The notes below the pieces were generated by a model. The model saw only the letters and a list, made by a program, of their open reading frames with translations. It did no database searches and was not told where the DNA came from. 28,913 nt of DNA, taken from a virus (lineage: Duplodnaviria > Caudoviricetes). The position numbers and the translations under genes are program-made. Positions 25,300-28,913 of the stretch are shown here, piece by piece. Location: IMG/VR virus record IMGVR_UViG_3300037470_001030, positions 1-28,913 of that record, one strand, 5' to 3'. The first letter of the stretch is position 1. Every line of letters starts with the position of its first letter.

Positions 25300-25545
25300 T
25301 CATGCAGTCTGTTGCAGGTTTTTAGCCTTTCTTACATGAGGTGACATGGGCAGGTTGATATTCGGATTGGGGATAGCCGGTGGCGACAGGGAGCAGACCA
25401 CCTCGATGATCATCTTGAAGGTATGGCCGCAGTCCGGGTTGTTACAGACGCCCTTGGCTTCCCTGACCAGGGTGGATAGTTGCTGGCTGCTGCGGATCGT
25501 CGCGGGGCCTTCGCAGTGGGGGCACATCGTTTTCTGGCTGGGCAT
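25300..25545 (-). CDS. ogr: Ogr/Delta-like C4 zinc-finger late transcription activator
   Basis: CPHC...IRSS...VRE...CNNPDCGHTF...SLSPPAIPNP. Confidence 0.9.
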   Translation of the reverse strand: MPSQKTMCPHCEGPATIRSSQQLSTLVREAKGVCNNPDCGHTFKMIIEVVCSLSPPAIPNPNINLPMSPHVRKAKNLQQTA

Positions 25546-25580
25546 ACGAGAGTCTCTCTTTCGGAATAACGAATAATTGA

Positions 25581-25589
25581 ATTATATCA
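25581..25589 (-). promoter_or_regulatory. Consensus extended -10 (TGaTATAAT) upstream of ogr
   Basis: Perfect TGnTATAAT 35 nt upstream of the ogr ATG. Confidence 0.65.
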
Positions 25590-25665
25590 CCTTATCTTAT
25601 TGATTTAATTAGCTATTCAGTACCTCTATTGAGAATAGGCGTTTTTTCACGTGCCGGGGGGGCGT

Positions 25666-25952
25666 CGGAAAAGGGTAATTCTGGTCACAATGGCGAAATC
25701 CGCATGTAAGCCACTGATTTATTAAGGGTTGATAATTACCATTAAATGGTCACTTATGGTAATTCAAAAGGTATTTTTTTATAACTTACTGATTTATATA
25801 AATATATTTTTATACATAAATTACTGTCTAAAAAGGTAATCGGTGACCATTGAATTACCAAAAAGTGACCATTTTCTAACTCTATTTCTCTTTTAAACTT
25901 CAATTACTTATGGCTGTTTTTAGAAAAAGTAACCAAAATTACCCTTTTCCGA
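25666..25952. repeat. Origin-like region: 16-bp terminal inverted repeats and about 14 GGTAAT/GGTCAC-type hexamers around an AT-rich core
   Basis: TCGGAAAAGGGTAATT (25665-25680) pairs with AATTACCCTTTTCCGA (25937-25952). Hexamers are mostly forward on the left and reverse on the right. Confidence 0.8.
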
Positions 25953-26117
25953 TGGGGTCACGGATTTTCAGCAACCCCGGTATTTCAGGGGGTCTCGTTT
26001 ATGCGAGAAAAAACCCCTGGGACCGTTTTGGGACTGAGAACGTCCATTTTCCACCATTTTCAAATTTTTAACTTATTGTTTTTATTGATAATAATTTTTT
26101 AAAAGGCCAATGTTGGG

Positions 26118-26143
26118 GGGTTCGAATCCCTCCTTCTCCGCCA
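26118..26143 (+). other. att: Prophage att site: 3' end of a tRNA-Ser-like gene
   Basis: GGGTTCGAATCCCTCCTTCTCCGCCA (T-loop, 3' acceptor strand, discriminator G, CCA) with no 5' tRNA half upstream. IHF-like TAACTTATTGTTT near 26069. Confidence 0.85.
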
Positions 26144-26198
26144 AATAAAAAAGGCCCCCTTTCGCGAGGGGGCCTTTTTTATTTGGCGGAGAAGGAGG
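26129..26198. repeat. 32-bp perfect inverted repeat including the tRNA 3' end; terminator-like core
   Basis: CCTCCTTCTCCGCCAAATAAAAAAGGCCCCCT, loop ttcgcg, then the exact reverse complement. Confidence 0.92.
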
Positions 26199-26512
26199 CT
26201 CTGGTTCGAACCCTTTTCGGAAAAAATGCAGGATTGCATTTTTTGACGCGATCGCCTTTCATCGCGCCCCGCAGGGGTGAGGCCCATGGATGGGCCGAAT
26301 CAATCCCTGGTTCGGATCACTGCCTCACACTAATCGGATGTAACGCGCCAAATGAATCGCGACTGCGTGACACATGGTTTGCGACTCTAAAATAGCGTTT
26401 TTTAGCTATTATTTGACCATTATTATGCCGTTTAAACCCTGTTTACAGGTTGATAGCGGGGCGCCCATCCCACATAATCCGGGGACAATCCACACAACAC
26501 TATATAGTGAAT

Positions 26513-26755
26513 ATGGAGATTCTAGGTGGGACTATTGGGCTTGTGGTCTTCGTGTTTTTGGCTATTGTAGCTATTCTCTGGTTCCTTATGCCGTTCGCGG
26601 TGTTTGGTATCAAGGACCAACTCAAGGAATTTTCAGCACGAATTGACAAGGCGCTCGTTGAGCAGAAAGCCACGAATAGTCATCTGGCTATGATCGCGAA
26701 CGATATCAGGGCCAGCTTGGATCAGCCTGCCAGCAACGATGACCAGGTGGCTTAG
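26513..26755 (+). CDS. Small single-pass membrane protein, 80 aa
   Basis: MEILGGTIGLVVFVFLAIVAILWFLMPFAVFGIK followed by a short helical tail. Confidence 0.65.
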   Translation: MEILGGTIGLVVFVFLAIVAILWFLMPFAVFGIKDQLKEFSARIDKALVEQKATNSHLAMIANDIRASLDQPASNDDQVA

Positions 26756-26956
26756 CGGAGTAACCGGGGTCGGAACACATTTTTTCCTAATATTAGTGGA
26801 AACTGTGTTCCGACCCTGCTTATCCCATTTGCCACCCAATAAGATATTTCTTATCTCTTGATCTGTGTGAGCATTTTTAGACACATCTACGGTAGCGCAA
26901 CCAGACAATACATAAAACAATAAAGTCAAGAACAGAGGCTTGGTAATTACATTCAT
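26633..26956 (-). pseudogene. Lipoprotein, probably truncated at the REP-like element
   Basis: Lipobox LSGC after a hydrophobic leader; the frame then runs through the palindrome and antisense into the neighbouring gene. Confidence 0.5.
26767..26816. repeat. REP-like 50-nt palindrome, copy 2
   Basis: GGGTCGGAACACA pairs with TGTGTTCCGACCC (13 bp); AATATTAG at 26789-26796. Confidence 0.75.
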
Positions 26957-27113
26957 GTTCGATTGATTATAATTAAAGATTTATGGTGAGTTTAAATTTT
27001 TAAGTTACCAGAGACTGTAAGAAACTCCGCGCCGTATTTTTTACACAGTTCCTTTTGCGCCTCGAATATTTTTGATTATTTATTGCCCACGATCTCTCTA
27101 TATCAACGTGAGC

Positions 27114-27386
27114 TCAGTCATCGGAATCACATTCTGTACGCAACCACGCCTCCTCGACCGCAGACCTTTCGGCCTCCCAGTCATCTGGCAAATCCATCAA
27201 CTCCTTTAAGGCAGGATGTTTCTGAAATAGATAACCGACACCTACAACCCTATATGATGACGCATCATCATCGTGATCTTCGCCGCAAAGAAAACACCAA
27301 TCTCCATCGCACCTACTCACCAAAAGCACTGGCCTCGTGCCTTCGTAAATATGCGTACGAACATAAGCTTTCTGATGAAGATCCAT
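27114..27386 (-). CDS. Putative immunity protein (Imm33/DUF2185-like)
   Basis: RPVLLVSRCDGDWCFLCG...HPALKELMDLPDDWEAER; lies within an RHS-derived array. Start uncertain (27386 or 27431). Confidence 0.55.
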   Translation of the reverse strand: MDLHQKAYVRTHIYEGTRPVLLVSRCDGDWCFLCGEDHDDDASSYRVVGVGYLFQKHPALKELMDLPDDWEAERSAVEEAWLRTECDSDD

Positions 27387-27431
27387 TATTTGAATCATAA
27401 TAGGCTGGCTGCATTCTTTGAATAAAATCAT

Positions 27432-27824
27432 TCAAGCATAAACATCAATCACGACATCCAAATCAAATATTGCAAGCCTTTTTATCACATCTGAGCTAAT
27501 AGCCGCCCCACCTTGACCGTTATCTGTATATAAATAACAACATATATCTGACTTAACAATAACCTTAGAAGCAAGGTCATGATACTCAGATTTTCTCTGC
27601 TCAAGCCAGTCTAGCAATTCAATAATATGCATATCGATACTATCAGATACATCACAGGATGAATTTTTTCCCCACATAGTTTCAGAATAATATTTTTTTT
27701 CGCCACATCCAATGCTATTCCCCTCTGAATATCCAAAGTCTTCTTTGCAATCGAATTTCGCAGCTACTCCATCTAGACCTAAGCCATGGGTATATATCCT
27801 CAGACTAACTTTAATTTCTAACAT
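27432..27824 (-). CDS. DUF4279-like putative immunity protein
   Basis: VSLRIY...W...HIIELLDWL...ISSDVIKRLAIFDLDVVIDVY pattern; directly follows a toxin-tail remnant. Confidence 0.6.
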   Translation of the reverse strand: MLEIKVSLRIYTHGLGLDGVAAKFDCKEDFGYSEGNSIGCGEKKYYSETMWGKNSSCDVSDSIDMHIIELLDWLEQRKSEYHDLASKVIVKSDICCYLYTDNGQGGAAISSDVIKRLAIFDLDVVIDVYA

Positions 27825-27834
27825 TGTTCACCTA

Positions 27835-27948
27835 TTAGTCGAATATATTTCCAATCGAATCTCCTAGCCTATTTCCTGGGGCTTTAGGGAATATTTCTCC
27901 ACACGTTGTACAGACTTCGACATCCGGATTTTTTAAAGCTTCCCTGCC
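27835..27948 (-). pseudogene. Orphan toxin C-terminal remnant containing CxxC
   Basis: Start-less frame GREALKNPDVEVCTTCGEIFPKAPGNRLGDSIGNIFD* ending 10 nt before the DUF4279-like gene. Confidence 0.4.
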
Positions 27949-28097
27949 TCAGGCGTAAGGCCTGGGGGCATTAACTTGTGAAATTGTTTCTCATTCATCT
28001 TTGCCACATAGCGAACATAGTATCTGATTCCTTCGATCCCTTTTAAGCACAAACAGCGGCTTGTAGACTCGGAGGATATTCCGAGAGAGACATAACG

Positions 28098-28120
28098 AAC
28101 AAACCCGCCGAAGCGGGCTT
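28098..28120 (-). terminator. Intrinsic terminator after the CPCC gene
   Basis: Minus strand CCCGC-TTCG-GCGGG-TTTGTT. Confidence 0.7.
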
Positions 28121-28123
28121 ATC

Positions 28124-28366
28124 CTATGGCAACTCACTTTCTAAAGGATTCCTGACATTTTTGACAAACTCCTGCTTTATCGCCCCGTATTTAGCAAAAT
28201 TTTCTTTGGCTTCATTCAGGCTTATTCCATTGGCACCGCTATCGTAATCAGGCTCTTCGTTCTGAATACTGTCATCTTCCCAGTAGCATACGGGGCAGAT
28301 TTCATAAGTGCCGCATGGCTCTTCATCAAAAGTTAAATACCCACAGCACGGACAAGGATAGCTCAT
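28124..28366 (-). CDS. Cysteine-rich CPCC family protein (putative immunity)
   Basis: YPCPCCGYLTF...YEICPVCYWEDD...GANGISLNEAKENF. Confidence 0.88.
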   Translation of the reverse strand: MSYPCPCCGYLTFDEEPCGTYEICPVCYWEDDSIQNEEPDYDSGANGISLNEAKENFAKYGAIKQEFVKNVRNPLESELP

Positions 28367-28377
28367 CAAATTCATCC

Positions 28378-28686
28378 CTACTGCTTGTTCCAATAATCCA
28401 TACCATCCTTGGGCCTGAACATGGTACGCGGCGCACCATTCGCGTCCTTTACGCCGAAGGTATTAGTTTTTGAATCGTATAAGTTGGATGCCTCATCCTG
28501 TTCGATTTCTTCCCCGAAAGGCTTGTAATGCTTGCGCCACTTGATGTTGCCCGCTTCATCCATGGCGGCAATGGGCGAACCGCTGGCATCAGGGATGTAA
28601 TAAGTGGTCTCAGTGGTTTCGCTAACACCCGGCTGGGCCCATAGCAATAAAAGGCAGGAGAACAATAATCTGGCGAGGTTTTTCAT
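28378..28686 (-). pseudogene. Internally deleted secreted RHS toxin (signal peptide, RHS core start, toxin tail)
   Basis: Sec-type signal, then YYIPDASGSPIAAMDEAGNIKWRKHYKPFGE joined directly to YDSKTNTFGVKDANGAPRTMFRPKDGMDYWNKQ; the DPxG core end is absent. Confidence 0.7.
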
Positions 28687-28913
28687 TTCTTTAATCCCTT
28701 AAGATCTGTTGACCGTTAAACCTGGCCGAATGTAAAAGATTCGACACGTCATGTCATGGGTTTTAGCGGATTATCCACAAATTCAGGAATCAACACCCCC
28801 TCCAATCTATTAACCCGGTGGCAAACAACATCTGTTAAGCGGCATAACTAATTTTCTCATGTTCAAAATAACTCGCGACACGTTTCGGTTTTCTTTGCAG
28901 CATACGCATATGC

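Larger units (their letters stand above)
2191..26143. mobile_element. P2/phiCTX-like prophage, late region plus right end (left boundary not determined; may extend beyond position 1)
   Basis: Syntenic P2-type structural genes Q to D, cos 19-mer, ogr-like gene and a tRNA 3'-end att copy. No integrase, repressor or replication gene in the window. Confidence 0.93.

Noticed and set aside
25665-25952. CRISPR array or IS element
   Set aside because: Repeats are 6-bp units in both orientations with no repeat-spacer period; no cas or transposase gene and no clear target duplication.
26060-26143. Complete tRNA gene
   Set aside because: Only the T-loop to CCA is present; upstream is AT-rich with no D or anticodon arm.
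27083-27400. Plus-strand 105-aa ORF
   Set aside because: Antisense to a more convincing immunity-like gene; TTG start and no recognisable features.

Overview
Most of the window (about 2.2-26.1 kb) is the late half of a P2/phiCTX-like myovirus prophage. It holds an almost complete set of head, packaging, lysis, baseplate and contractile-tail genes (Q,P | O,N,M,L,X,holin,endolysin,R,S | V,W,J,I,H | FI,FII,E/E',T,U,D). It also has a 186/P2-type cos site (25178-25196), an ogr-like activator, a symmetric iteron/AT-rich origin-like region, and an att site made of a tRNA-Ser-like 3' end (26118-26143). Integrase, repressor and replication genes are not in the window. AT-rich cargo sits at several positions. 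Between portal and cos are a frameshifted Dam-like methylase and a coupled operon (small ORF, NMP-kinase-like P-loop protein, PIN-GNAT-PUA/EVE-like fusion, ASCH), which is the best candidate for an uncharacterised defence or base-modification system. A PagP-like outer-membrane gene lies between tail fibre and sheath, an unannotated 46-aa antisense membrane peptide lies between E' and T, and a Zn-ribbon/DUF4145-like gene plus a hypothetical gene follow D. A GTAAA-N7-TTTAC palindrome lies exactly 35 nt from a -10-like hexamer at all four late operon starts. Right of att is a host accessory region with a tRNA-linked hairpin element, a REP-like palindrome and a decayed RHS toxin/immunity array. 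All family assignments come from motif recognition by eye; no database searches were run.
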